From Chrysemys picta bellii (taxonomy: Eukaryota): a DNA stretch of 64,000 nt. Position 1 is the first letter of the stretch. Each line of letters starts with the position of its first letter. A program made the translations under genes and the position numbers. The stretch is from contig NC_088791.1 in the NCBI RefSeq assembly GCF_011386835.1, positions 350,114,001 through 350,178,000 on the forward strand, in the 5' to 3' direction. Below, piece by piece: positions 33,461 through 44,571 of the stretch. A model generated the notes under the pieces. That model was not told the origin of the DNA and made no database searches. It worked only from the letters and a program-made list of their open reading frames with translations.

Positions 33461-33842
33461 TACTAGAGAGTAAGAGCCGATAGAATGAATATTCCATATA
33501 CTGATCCCAGTGCCTGTTACCACTCCGGGTACGGGCTACAGCCTGACAGAACAGAACCTGAGGAGAACCAGTCAGCTACTAACCCAGGGACAGAGCAGCT
33601 ACTAGACTTCTGTTTGCTGACAAGTGGTTGACTGATACTTGAGATGCTGGGATCTTTTCAGGTTCTGAACAAATCCAGGTGACAGACAATACATTTTAAG
33701 TCCCACTCTAACCTGAGAAATCATCTCTGAAAGAAGATCAGAGAGGAAAGAACGGGTTTACATTTATTTGAGAAGTACTCCACATGCTGTTTGCAATGGT
33801 TTTGTGCTATTAACTCGTTGTTCAGTGAACCGTTGCATGATA

Positions 33843-34052
33843 TCAAGTATCAGAGGGGTAGCCGTGTTAGTCTGAATCTGTAAAAAGTAACAGAGGGTCC
33901 TGTGGCACCTTTAAGACTAACAGAAGTATTGGGAGCATAAGCTTTCGTGGGTAAGAACCTCACTTCTTGCATCTGAAGAAGTGAGGTTCTTACCCACAAA
34001 AGCTTATGCTCCCAATACTTCTGTTAGTCTTAAAGGTGCCACAGGACCCTCA
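33843..34052. mobile_element. Penelope-like pseudo-LTR in inverted (hairpin) configuration
   Basis: Arms gagggtcctgtggcacctttaagactaacagaagtattgggagcataagc / gcttatgctcccaatacttctgttagtcttaaaggtgccacaggaccctc; 11-bp target duplication GTTGCATGATA (33832-33842, 34053-34063). Confidence 0.85.
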
Positions 34053-34111
34053 GTTGCATGATACTGTCTCCTGGTAACTGACCAGAAGCCATTTCTAACA
34101 CTTACATTCAG

Positions 34112-35570
34112 CACATAAGAACATAAGAATGGCTACACGGGGTCAGACCAAAGGTCCATCCAGCTGAATGTCCTGTCTTCCTAGAGTGGCCAATGCCAAG
34201 TGCTCCAGAGGGAATGAACAAACCAGGTAACCATCACCTGTCACCCATTCCCAGCTTCTGGCAAACAGAGCCTAGGGAAACCATCCCTCCCCATCCTGGT
34301 TAATGGGTTCTCCAACTATAATTGTTAATTTGGGGTGTACATTTAAGTTGAGCCTCTATTATGGTTTCTTCCAGAAGTTTCCATGCTGCTGGCAGGGATT
34401 TCATTTTTAGGGCTGTACCTTTTAATTTCTGTTTCACTAACTTCCTCATTTTTGTGCATTTCCCCTCTCTGAAATTAAATGCTATTGTACTGGGCTGCTG
34501 TGGTGTTTTCCCTGCCATAGGGATGTTAAATTTAATTATATTATGGTCTCTATTACCAAGCGGTTCAGCTACATTCACCTCTTGGACCAGATCCTGTGCT
34601 CCACTTAGGACTAAATCAAGAATTGCCTCTCCTCTGGTGGGTTACAAAACTAGGTGCTCCAAGAAGCCGTCATTTAAGATGTCATGTACCCAGTCAATAT
34701 GGGGATAGTTGAAATCCCCCATTATTATTGAGTTTTTTTATTTTTAAAGCCTCTTTAATGTCTCTGAGCATTTCACAGTCACTATCAGCATCCTGGTCAG
34801 GCAGGCAATAGTATATCCCTCCTGCTATATTCTTCTTATTCGAGCATGGAATTACTATCCATAGAGGCACAGTTTGGTTCATTTAATATTTTTACTTCAT
34901 TTTATTCTACACTTTCTTTCACGTATAGTGCCCCTCCCCCACCAGCAGAACCTGTTCTGTCCTTCCGATAGATTTTGTACCCTGGTATTACTGTGTCCCA
35001 TTGATTATCCTCATTTCACTATGTTTCTGTGATGCCTTTTATATCAATATCCTCATTTAATACAAGACACCCTAGTTCACCCATCTTATTATTTAGACTT
35101 CTATCATTTGTATATAAGCACTTAAAATTGTAATTTTTTAGCTTTCTGCCATTACATGATGTAATTGAATGGGACTTTTTTTTCATTTGACTATTTCTGA
35201 TCAGATCCTACCCATATATTATCATCTTCCATCTTCTCCTACATACTAGGACATAGAGAATCTCCATTAATAGATCCTCCCCTAAGAGATGTCTCTGTCC
35301 GAACCATGCGCTCCTCCATATCTGTTGGCTTTCCCCCAGCCCTTACTTTAAAAATTGCTCTACAACCTTTTTAATTTTAAGCGCCAGCTATCGGGTTCCA
35401 TTTTGGTTTAGGTGGAGCCCATCCTTCCTGTATAGGCTCCCCCTTTCCCCAAAGTTTCCCCAGTTCCTAAAAAATCTAAACCCCTCCACCCTACACCATT
35501 GTCTCATCCACACATTGAGACCCTGCAGTTCTGCCTGTCTACCTGTCCCTGCGCGTGGAAATGGAAGCAT
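34112..35570 (-). mobile_element. Internally deleted CR1 LINE: ORF1 esterase, endonuclease, then 3' UTR with the RT missing
   Basis: 35388-35570 LNVWMRQWCRVEGFRFFRNWG..KDGLHLNQNG (SGNH esterase-like); 34300-34882 APE-domain remnants (GGIYYCLPDQ, EPLGNRDHNIIKF); 3' tail cacataagaacataagaat at 34112; junction near 34304. Confidence 0.85.
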
Positions 35571-36738
35571 GGTGTCTTACACAAGCATGGCTGAAGTCAC
35601 TTGCACACTCAGCTGGATATTAATGAAAACCGAGCATTTCCACTATTCACCCACTTGTGACACCAACCCCGCCCCTGCCCAACTGAAGTAACTGTCTGTG
35701 TTAGCTTGTAACTTGCCACATATGTACAAGACCTTGGAATGGGGAGGACGCTGGTCCTGTGAGGACAAAGAGAAGCCTGTGGGATGATTGAATGCTCTGG
35801 ATTCAGTCAATGCTGGCCAGGCAAAGTACTTCAGCTTCTCTTGGAGGGATTCTTGGGTATCAGAATGTATCACCATGAGCATTGGGTAAGGAAAAGTTAA
35901 TAGAGCCTGGTTCTGATCGAATTTACACATGTAAATCTGCAGTGACGCCATTGAAGTCGCAGTTATTGAATTCAGAACCTGGCCCTGAGAATTTATCCCG
36001 TGTGCTGGAAAGAGGAAGTGGCACAATTTGGACTCAGGAGTGAAGAATATATATAATATATATATAATGAGGGAATGAAACACGTTGATAAATAACAGGA
36101 CACATAAATATAATGACCATTTTCACCATGTACTTCTCATGTCATGATACAATGGGCCACACTCAGAAGGGGAGGGCCAGAAAGGGTGTCGATGGGAAGG
36201 TCACCATTGTAAACTCACACCGTGCTCAAGTAGGCTGTGGAACTCCCAGGCACAAGATATCAGGGGGCCAGGAGTTTAGCAGGATTCAAAGAGGGACTGG
36301 ATGTTTATATGGGTAACCAGAAAATCCAATTACATTAGTGAGGATTGTTTTAAAAAGTTTTGGAACGGCTATAAACCTTCCTCATGTACACCACAAAGTA
36401 TGTCTAACTAGTGGGTGTCAGGGGGAAACTTTCCCTGGGAGCAGGTTATTTCAGAGCTGCCTGTTGCAGGGCTTCTTCCACGTTCCCCTGCAATATCTGG
36501 AACTGGCCACTGGATACCGGGCTGGATGGACTACAGGTCCGATCCTGTCTGGCAGTGCTGATCTTCCTATCTGTGATGTAAATCCAAGATTATGTTTTGG
36601 TGATCTTCCTTGAGCTCCTGGGAGTCTCTAGACTTGCACTGAGAGCAGAAAGATGTCTCGCTACATATCATCTAGTCTCCTGTTCTTTCTCCTTTCAGGA
36701 AGAAAAGTTCAAAACTCCTCAGACCTGCCCAGTACATC

Positions 36739-37674
36739 ATGTCAGCTGTCAATGACACCAAATTCAGCTCTGCAGTGTTCCTTCTCACCGGGATATCTGG
36801 GCAGGAAGACATTCATCTCTGGATCTCTATCACCTTGTGCTTAATGTATGTTATTTCTATAGTAGGAAATTCAGTCATTCTGTTCATTATAAAAACAGAT
36901 CCAAGCCTCCATGAACCCATGTACATTTTCCTTTCCATGTTGGCCGTCACAGACCTTGGCTTATCGATAGTCACCATACCAACAATACTGGGCATATACC
37001 TGTTTAACTCTAGGGAAATCAGTCTCGATGCCTGTTTTGCTCAGCTGTTCTTCATCCACTCTCTTTCATTCATTGAATCCTCTGTGCTCCTGTCGATGGC
37101 CTTTGACCGCTTCATCGCAATCTGTAACCCATTGAGATATACTTCCATCTTAACCCCACCGAGAATAGCCAAGATGGGATTGGTGCTTGTGCTAAGAGGG
37201 GTGGCCTTAGCATTCCCACTCCCCTTTCTCCTGAAACGTTTCCGATACTGTCAAGCCAATGTCCTCTCCCATTCCTACTGCCTTCACCAGGAGGTCATGA
37301 AGATGGCTTGTTCGGACTTCACAGTCAACAGTATCTATGGCTTGTTCATAATAGTCTCCACGGTGGGGTTGGACTCACTGCTTATCCTGCTATCTTATGT
37401 GATGATCCTCAAAACAGTGCTTAGCATCACATCCCACATGGAGTGCCTCAGAGCCCTGAGCACCTGCATCTCCCATGTCTGCGCCGTCCTGGTCTTCTAC
37501 ATGCCAGTGATCAGCCTTTCTGTGATACACAGATTTGGGAAGAGTTTTTCTCCCTTGCCTCAGATTCTCCTGGGCTATGTCTACCTGCTGGTCCCGCCAC
37601 TGATGAATCCAATCGTGTACAGCATGAAAAGCAAACAACTTCGTGCGAGGATAATCAAGGTGTTCGTCAAGTGA
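36739..37674 (+). CDS. OR3: class I olfactory receptor, family 51-like, intact 311 aa
   Basis: LHEPMY, canonical MAFDRFIAICNPLRY, HSYCLHQEVMKMAC, RALSTCISH, HRFG, PPLMNPIVYSMK. Confidence 0.97.
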   Translation: MSAVNDTKFSSAVFLLTGISGQEDIHLWISITLCLMYVISIVGNSVILFIIKTDPSLHEPMYIFLSMLAVTDLGLSIVTIPTILGIYLFNSREISLDACFAQLFFIHSLSFIESSVLLSMAFDRFIAICNPLRYTSILTPPRIAKMGLVLVLRGVALAFPLPFLLKRFRYCQANVLSHSYCLHQEVMKMACSDFTVNSIYGLFIIVSTVGLDSLLILLSYVMILKTVLSITSHMECLRALSTCISHVCAVLVFYMPVISLSVIHRFGKSFSPLPQILLGYVYLLVPPLMNPIVYSMKSKQLRARIIKVFVK

Positions 37675-37927
37675 AGGGTCAATTCATCCCCCAGCTCCAG
37701 CTACTATCTCCACTCTCTACAGAGAGGTTCAGAGAGGGTCTAAGGCCTGGAGGAATGGGAGAGGGGCTGGTGAGGTAGGACAGTGCACTGGGGGAAGGAG
37801 ACCAAGGCAGGCAGCAGCATTTATAAAGTGAGTGTATTCGTGGAGAACCAGGGGACCAGTGGGATGTTGGCTAATAAAGGGCCATGTCAGCGGCTGCTCC
37901 AACCTCAAAATTCCTGTCAATACTCTC

Positions 37928-37933
37928 AATAAA
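37928..37933 (+). terminator. Candidate polyadenylation signal of OR3
   Basis: Conserved ctcaataaagag. Confidence 0.55.
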
Positions 37934-40257
37934 GAGAAGGGATGTGGATGTTTTTTCCCACTATACCTGGCCTGTCACTATCCCATCTCTGGTTAAACAT
38001 CCACAGGCCATGAAAAAAACCCAGTGCACCTGCTGAACCCACCCCTCGCCGAGGCAGAGCAGAGCTGAGTGTGTGAGGGAACATCTGACACACAGGTTTC
38101 CTGGCAAGAGACTCTTGCCCAGATTTTCCCCTCCTCCCCTCCGTTTGTGCTGTCTCAGCAATGCAAAAGGGAGGAAATGACCTCAGGTCCCCCAGAGAGG
38201 AATGGCCAATTCCTATCCCAGCTCACACCATTCAACGTAGGGTGGTCACCTTTTCAAAAGGCAAAAGCAAGACACATGCAGGAGCCCCACCCCGCTCCGT
38301 GGCACCCCCCGTGCCCCTCCTCTTCCCCCTGAGGCCCCACCCCCTGCTCCTGACCCTGGCCAGGCCAGACCATGGTAAAAGCTGCCTAGGGAGCCCGGAT
38401 GTTTTACCTGCCATGGTCAGGAGGGCCAGGGGGCCTGAAAGCAACCCCCAGCCCATGTCCCCATCCCCAGGACATGCCATCAAGGGAAGGTGGAGAATAT
38501 GGGGCTCCCCATAGTGGCCTGGGCTCCATGGGATGCTCGTACCACAGCCCATCTCTGGCCAAGCTGGGGGCGGAACCTCAGTGGAAGAGATGGGGCAGGG
38601 GTCGGAGCCTCGAGAATAGAGGAACCACAGGGGATGTGGCAAGTCTGAACCAACGCTGACCCCAGGACGCAAGGTGTGTTGGGGCTCCTGAATAAAGCAG
38701 GAGGATGGTGCTGGAGAGTAGGAGAGCCTGTGTTTTGAAGAAGACTGAATTAATGTAAACAAGAGGACTCTTGTTTTAAGTATTCCCGGCTGAGAGTCAG
38801 TCTTTGCAAGGATTTAGAGAGAAGGGCAGGGCACCTGCAGGGCTACCTCAGGCCCCAAGGGGGCACTCTGGGGTATCCCCCATCCGCAGGGACTTTGCCA
38901 GAGTGGGCTGTGCTCTTGGAAGCCGTTACCAATGGGTGGAGGTCAGCCCAACCACCAGGCTGCTCTAAACTCCGCTGTGGCAGGGGGAGAACAGGCCAGT
39001 AAATCAAACCCTTGTAACTGACCATCTCCATTTTCCACAGCAGAGAATCCAGCCGGGCCTGTCGCCACTCAGATGGCTGGAAGGCTGGTCCTGCGATCTG
39101 GGCATGACTCTGCAACTCAAGAGAGCTGGGTTTGATTCCCTTGCGCTGTGTGACTGTGGCAAGTCATTGGCTGTCTCTGAGCCTCTGCACAGGTGGATAA
39201 TAGCCCTGCCTCACAGTGGTGGCAGGAGGATACATACATACAAGGTGCTCAGATATTCTGAGACCCTAAGATCAGGGCTGGGTCAGGATTCCACAGAGCA
39301 ACACCTCTGACATTGGTCTATAAAGAGCCTCCTGTGACAGCTGGTTTCTGGGAAGCCCCATGGCTCCAGATCCTTTGTGTCTGTGGCAGATGTGGGGGTG
39401 CTTGGGGGTGACAGTGGGTGTTAGGTAGTGGATTTCTGAGGAGAGTGTTGGAGTGTCACAGTTATGCCGGGAGTTTCAGCACAGTCACTGGACCGGTGTT
39501 TGCAGCCATTGAGGCTGAATGGGTTTAATTGCCAAATAATGGAGCAGCAGCCACGTGGGCCTCATCTTAGACGGTCTGGATGGGACAAAGCTGTCTGAGG
39601 GCAAAGGTCACTATGGTGACTGGGCCCAGGCTCACACAGGTTTCAGCAAAGGCTGTTTCCACAAGAAAGGGGCAAACAGAGGGGAAGATGCTCTCAGAGA
39701 CACAAGGAAACTAGGCTGGGTCTGAAGAGCTCCTTGGTTTCCCAAAAGAATGTAAGTTGGGCCAGGTCTATTCCTGTATCTCCAGAGCAAAGTCTGTCTA
39801 AATTAGGTTGTTGTGATAGATAAGTGTAGACATGTGACAGCTGCCTGTCATTTGAAAACCTTTTTCCCTGATGCTTTCTCCTGTTTCCTAATGGGGGTGA
39901 CTGTATAGCTCTGGTCACAAGCACCTGAAGACAAGAGACTGAGGAGTCCAGTTGGACCTTCTTGGTGATAAGCATTTAGTGTAGATGGGATTTTGTTCAC
40001 AGCTCAAAGAGTGGGTCAATTGTGAGACTCGACCCAAGACAGGAAAGGACCTGATTTAGAAGTTAAAGGGACCATATATCCTGTTTTTACTGTGACAATC
40101 CCCCTTCTTCTTGGCCAGCGAATGTCCTTGTTGAGTGCCTGTCAGCATTCAGACTGGCAACATGTTCAAGTTGCCTCCAAGATAACAATCAACTCAAGAC
40201 AATGGTTCACAGAGTCATAGAATTTAAGTCCAGAAGGAGCCATTAGATGATCTAGTC

Positions 40258-40796
40258 CAGACATTCTCAAACTGGGGTCGCACCCTCCTGGGTGGGAGGT
40301 GTGGTCATGCGGAATGTATTCAGAGATGAGGGGCGTGAGAAGCTTTAGGGAAAAAGCCTTCATGTGCACATTTTATCCACAGCAATGAGTAACTAGCCAA
40401 GCTGATTCCTCCAGATAGATCCGGTCCTCAGATGGCGCTGTGCTTTGTCTCTAGGTGGTGCTGTGTATTTTGATGGATTTCTATAACCTTGCACAGCATT
40501 ATACAAAGTCCTTAACATCTGTACATGGCTCCATTTGCTACGGCGCGATGTGCACATATCATTGTAAATCAGGGACGACAATTGCAGTTTTGCTTTTGCT
40601 CTTATCCCAATGGATCGTTGGCTCATTTATGCAACAAATAAAAAACGTAAGTGAAAAAGAAAGAAGCTGAAACTGATTGTGTTGATGCCCCGCCTCTGCA
40701 TATATCAGTATATGTGTGTGTGTGGGAGCTGAGGGGGCATAAACTCTTACAGACACAAAGAAGGGGGGCATAATCGGAAAAGTTTGAGATCCACTG
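40258..40796. mobile_element. hAT-Charlie-like element (paralog of 3575-4106)
   Basis: CAGACATTCTCAAACT...AGTTTGAGATCCACTG; TSD atctagtc/acttagtc. Confidence 0.8.
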
Positions 40797-41091
40797 ACTT
40801 AGTCTGACATCCTGTATTCAGGCTGCAGAATTTCACCCAGTTACCCCTGTGTTGAGCCCAGTGACTTGAGTCTTCATCTAAAGGGTATCTTTCAGGAAGG
40901 CATCCAGTCTTGGTTTGGAGGTATTAGGAGAATCCATCACCTCCTTTGGGAGTTTGTTCCACTGGTTAAGCACCCTCGCTCTTAAAAATGTGAGCCGCAT
41001 TTTCAAATTTAATTTCTCTGGCTTCAGTTTCCAGCCATTGGTTCTTGTTATAGCTTGCCCAGATAGTTTAAAGAGCCTATTAGTACCCAAG

Positions 41092-41321
41092 TATCAGTGG
41101 GGTAGCCATGTTAGTCTGGATCTGTGAAAAGCGACAAAGAGTCCTGTGGCACCTTACTAACAGACGTATTGGAGCATAAGCTTTCAGGGGTGAATGCATC
41201 CGATGAAGTGGGTATTAACCCACGAAAGCTTATGCTCCAATACATCTGTTAGTCTGTAAGGTGCCACAGGACTCTTTGTTGCTTTTTACAGATCCAGACT
41301 AACACGGCGACCCCTCTGATA
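41092..41321. mobile_element. Penelope-like pseudo-LTR hairpin element (230 bp)
   Basis: Long inverted repeat tatcagtggggtagccatgttagtctggatctg..gcataagc / gcttatgc..cagatccagactaacacggcgacccctctgata. Confidence 0.85.
41196..41235 (+). ncRNA. Minimal type I hammerhead ribozyme motif (Penelope-associated)
   Basis: GCAU-CCGAUGA-A-GUGGGU(AUUA)ACCCAC-GAAA-GCUU-AUGC: stem I GCAU/AUGC, perfect 6-bp stem II, palindromic stem III; U4C change in the core. Activity untested. Confidence 0.6.
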
Positions 41322-42000
41322 TATGAATCTTACTGTTTTGCATGAATAGTGTGTGTACTTCAGTTTCCCTGTGTATTGCACCACTGCCTTGGTGGTTGAA
41401 AATAAGGGTGTGTGCCTTTTGCTGAGACTCTCAGGGCCAGGAGACACCACTCCCTCTGCATATGGCCGATGCCCTTCGTAACCTGAGACCCAAGTCGGGG
41501 AGGCGACCAGGACACCTGGCCCGGGAAGCAGACAAAGAAGAGGGGGCACAATGGGTGTGTCGGAGGTCAGCTTGCTGGGAGCTTGGAGTCTGCGATGAGG
41601 GACTGAGGGAGGAGAGAGGCCAGGGTCCCAGCCCAGGGTCCTGCCAAGATGGACTTGGCTGAAAGTCACTGATTTCTGTGCTAACAAGCTCTGTTCTGCA
41701 CTGTGTTCCTGTCGACTAATAAACCTTCTGTTTTACCTGCTGGCTGAGAGTCATGGCTAATGGTGGAGTTGTGGTGCAGGGCCCTCTGGCTTCCCAAGGG
41801 GTCCTGTCTAGCTGGACCTGCCTAGGGGAAGTGCATGGTGTGAACAGGGATGCTGAATGCTCCGAGGTCAGTCCAGGAGGCCATAGCCAAGGAGGCTTTT
41901 TGGTCTGGACAATGTGCCCTGAGGGGAGTCACGCCACTCCAGAGTCCTGGCTGGCTTCAGATAAAGCGGTTCCAGAGCGTATGACCTGTGCTCTGTGACA
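41322..42000 (+). mobile_element. 5'-truncated LTR
   Basis: aataaa at ~41718 followed by a U5-like region ending TGTGACA at 42000; replaces part of the D block. Confidence 0.65.
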
Positions 42001-42451
42001 GAAGGCTTCTGAACATCTGAGGAGGGAGGTTCTGGAACAGCCTCCCAACAGGAGCAGTGGGGGGCAAACAACCCAGCTGGTTTTAAGATGGAGCTTGACA
42101 GGTCTATGCAATGGACAATGTACCAGGGTCGCCTGCCATAGCTGGGGAGTGGACTCATGGACCCAGGAGATCCCTGCCAAGCCTATGTCCCTATGGGTCA
42201 CATTAGCCCATTTTGCGTCACACAGGGAGCTGATGTGGAGATTCTTGTCCACTATGACCCTGCTCCGTTCCCTGGCCGATGGATTTGTCCATGAATAGAT
42301 TCAGGAGAAGGCACAACTCAGCGTTATCATCTGGAAAAGGAATTGTTCTTGGGTTCCTGTTTAGTGATGTCACAGGAGTTTAATTCCCTGAGTTTCTGGT
42401 AATCTCAGTGTGCCGAGCCGCCAGCTGCCCCCTCCCCAGCCACTAGCCCCA

Positions 42452-42750
42452 GAGAGGAAGGATGGTTCAGCGATTTAGGTGCTGGCCTGGGACTCAGAAG
42501 AACTGGCTTCAGTTCCAGGCTCTTCCACAGACTTCTTCCATGACCATGGGCAACTCACTTAGTCCATCTGTGCTCAGCAATGTGTGTTTTAATACGGCTC
42601 AATGTAAAGGTTACATCTAGGAACCAGGGATGCTGGCCATCCTTATCGTATGGAGGACCCAATCCTGGGACTCAGAAGAACTGGGTTCAGTTCCAGGCTC
42701 TTGTACATACTTCTGTTCCCTTGGTCAACTCATTTAGTCCCTCTGTGCCT
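42452..42750 (+). mobile_element. Two tandem MIR-like tRNA-derived SINE relics
   Basis: ggaaggatggttcagcgatttagg (A-box-like) and ctgggactcagaagaactgg..ttcagttccaggctct repeated at ~42486 and ~42666. Confidence 0.55.
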
Positions 42751-42754
42751 GGGT

Positions 42755-43170
42755 CGGTGGGCCTAGCTAGCAGTGGATCACTGAGATCTCTGTATAACTT
42801 TGGGGAGCCCTGGATCCTGGGTCCCCCTTTTCATTCCTCAGGGACAAGGGAAGGGAACCCCCTACTGGAACCACCCAAGGGAAATTTCCATTCCGGCAGC
42901 TCCCTGCCCATTTATGGCTCAGCACACCACACACCTGCTGAGTCCACTCCCCACAATCTCTGGGCCTCCACAACTGCTCTAGGACCCTCTCCAGCTCCCT
43001 GCTAGCACAGGTTCATCAGAGATGTGCTACCAGGGTCTGTCACAGTAGCCACTGCCCACAGGATCTGCTGAAGGGACCTTGTTCAGGGTGGAGGGGGCTG
43101 CACAGAGATGGGAGGGCTGGTTAGAGTAGCTGATGGGCACAATACCCCAGCCATAGACTGGTCGGGAAGT
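42755..43170. repeat. Gene-less remnant of a U block with an internal micro-inversion
   Basis: 42755-42895 matches 60675-60810 on plus; 42945-43170 matches 57190-57410 directly (U block on minus). Confidence 0.75.
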
Positions 43171-43189
43171 GTGCACTGTCCTAATGATC

Positions 43190-44043
43190 CCCAGTCTGGT
43201 TTAGATAGATCTATATAGGCTCCATTAGTAATCTTTTGTTATTTTTATGCTCAAAAGAATGCTGAAATCACTCAGGATGGGATAGCATTTCTGCCCAGCC
43301 TGCTAAAAGCTGAAAATCACTAAGCTCTGACAATCACTAAGAAACTGACCTGCAGAGGTCCCAGCAGAGAGTCAGGTGTCAGAAGAAGATGACTGATAAT
43401 TGGCTGGGGGGAGTGGAGTGGAACAAGCAGCTACCGGGGTGGCCAGCAGAGAGGAACCGCGGCTGGCGGGGTGGCCAGCAGAGAGGAACCGCGGCTACCG
43501 GGGTGGCCAGCAGAGAGGAACCACGGCTGGCGGGGTGGCCAGCCAGAGCAAGTGCTGAGATGGCAGCACAAGCCAGGTGCCTTCTTCCCTGGTTTGGAGG
43601 TGAACTTACACAGATGCGCCTCTGAACCCTGAGTCCTCACTGACCAAGGACAATCATTGTGAGTGGGGGTGGGGTGAGGGAGCAGAGAGGGGCACGGTAA
43701 AGGAACTTTTGGTTGTAAAACCCAAGAACATGAGGCAGAAGACACTGCCCCAGGCACTCTGGGGTGGGGTGTCCTGCTGACAGCTTTATGTTTATGAATC
43801 CTGCTTGTGGCATTTTCCCTAATTAATCTCGGGTGACTTCCCATCTTTTATTAAAAATTTCTTTTCTACACTCAGACTCTGTGCTTGTGAGTGGGGAAGT
43901 ATTGCCTCTCAGAGGTGGCTGGGGTAGGATGTCAATTTCCCATGGGGCTCGAGCCACTTCTGTGTTGTATTGTTGAAAAGGAACCCCTAGAGACTGAAAC
44001 AAGTCCTGGTTGCTGCTGGTTCCACCTGGCAGAAAGGTGATAC
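43190..44043 (+). mobile_element. LTR (partial) with a 32-bp tandem repeat
   Basis: 3' part actcagactctgtgcttgtgagtggggaagtattgcctc..ggaacccctaga resembles 8153-8337; repeat at 43430-43543; left boundary approximate. Confidence 0.6.
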
Positions 44044-44571
44044 CGGTCAAGCTCCATCTTAAAACCAGCTGGGTTGTTTGCCCCACGCTGCTCTTGTTAG
44101 GAGGATGTTCCAGAACCTCCCTCCTTGTATGGTCAGAAACCTCCTTCTCCTTTCCAACCTCTATTTACTCCTGGCCAGTTTCTCCCCATTGGTTCTTGTG
44201 CCAACACTGTTCTTTAGATTCAGGAGCTCATCTCCCTTTCTGGTGTTTACTCCTCCCTCCCCCGAGGTATTTATAGAACAATCCAATCCCTGCTCAGCCT
44301 GTGTTGTCTTAGGCTAAATGAGTGAAGCTCTTCCAGTCTCCTCATAAGAGAGGGCCTCCATTGCCCTGGCCATCCTAGGAGCCCATCTCTGCACCCGTTC
44401 CAGTCTCAATTGTTCTTTATGGAACAGGAGTGACCAGAATTTTGCACAGTTTGCCAGAGGAGGTCTCACCAGTGCCTGGTATAAGGATATTAATACTTCT
44501 GTATCTTGCCTGACACATTCTAGGATCTCATTTGCCTTGTTCACAGTCACATCCCATCAATGGCTCACAGT

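Larger units (their letters stand above)
30393..42194 (+). repeat. OR duplication unit 3
   Basis: U block starts at tggtttgagctagag (equivalent to 60183); longest D block in the window, ending at the CR1 tail cctatgtccctatg. Confidence 0.9.

Noticed and set aside
33969-34009. Active hammerhead here or at 59523-59562
   Set aside because: The essential GAAA box is mutated to AAAA in both, and 59523 also has CCAAUGA; kept only as relics.
42452-42580. tRNA gene
   Set aside because: Only degenerate A/B-box-like motifs followed by a MIR-type core; no cloverleaf; it is a SINE relic.
43430-43543. 32-bp repeats as a CRISPR-like array
   Set aside because: Head-to-tail units with no unique spacers, inside a eukaryotic LTR, and no cas genes.
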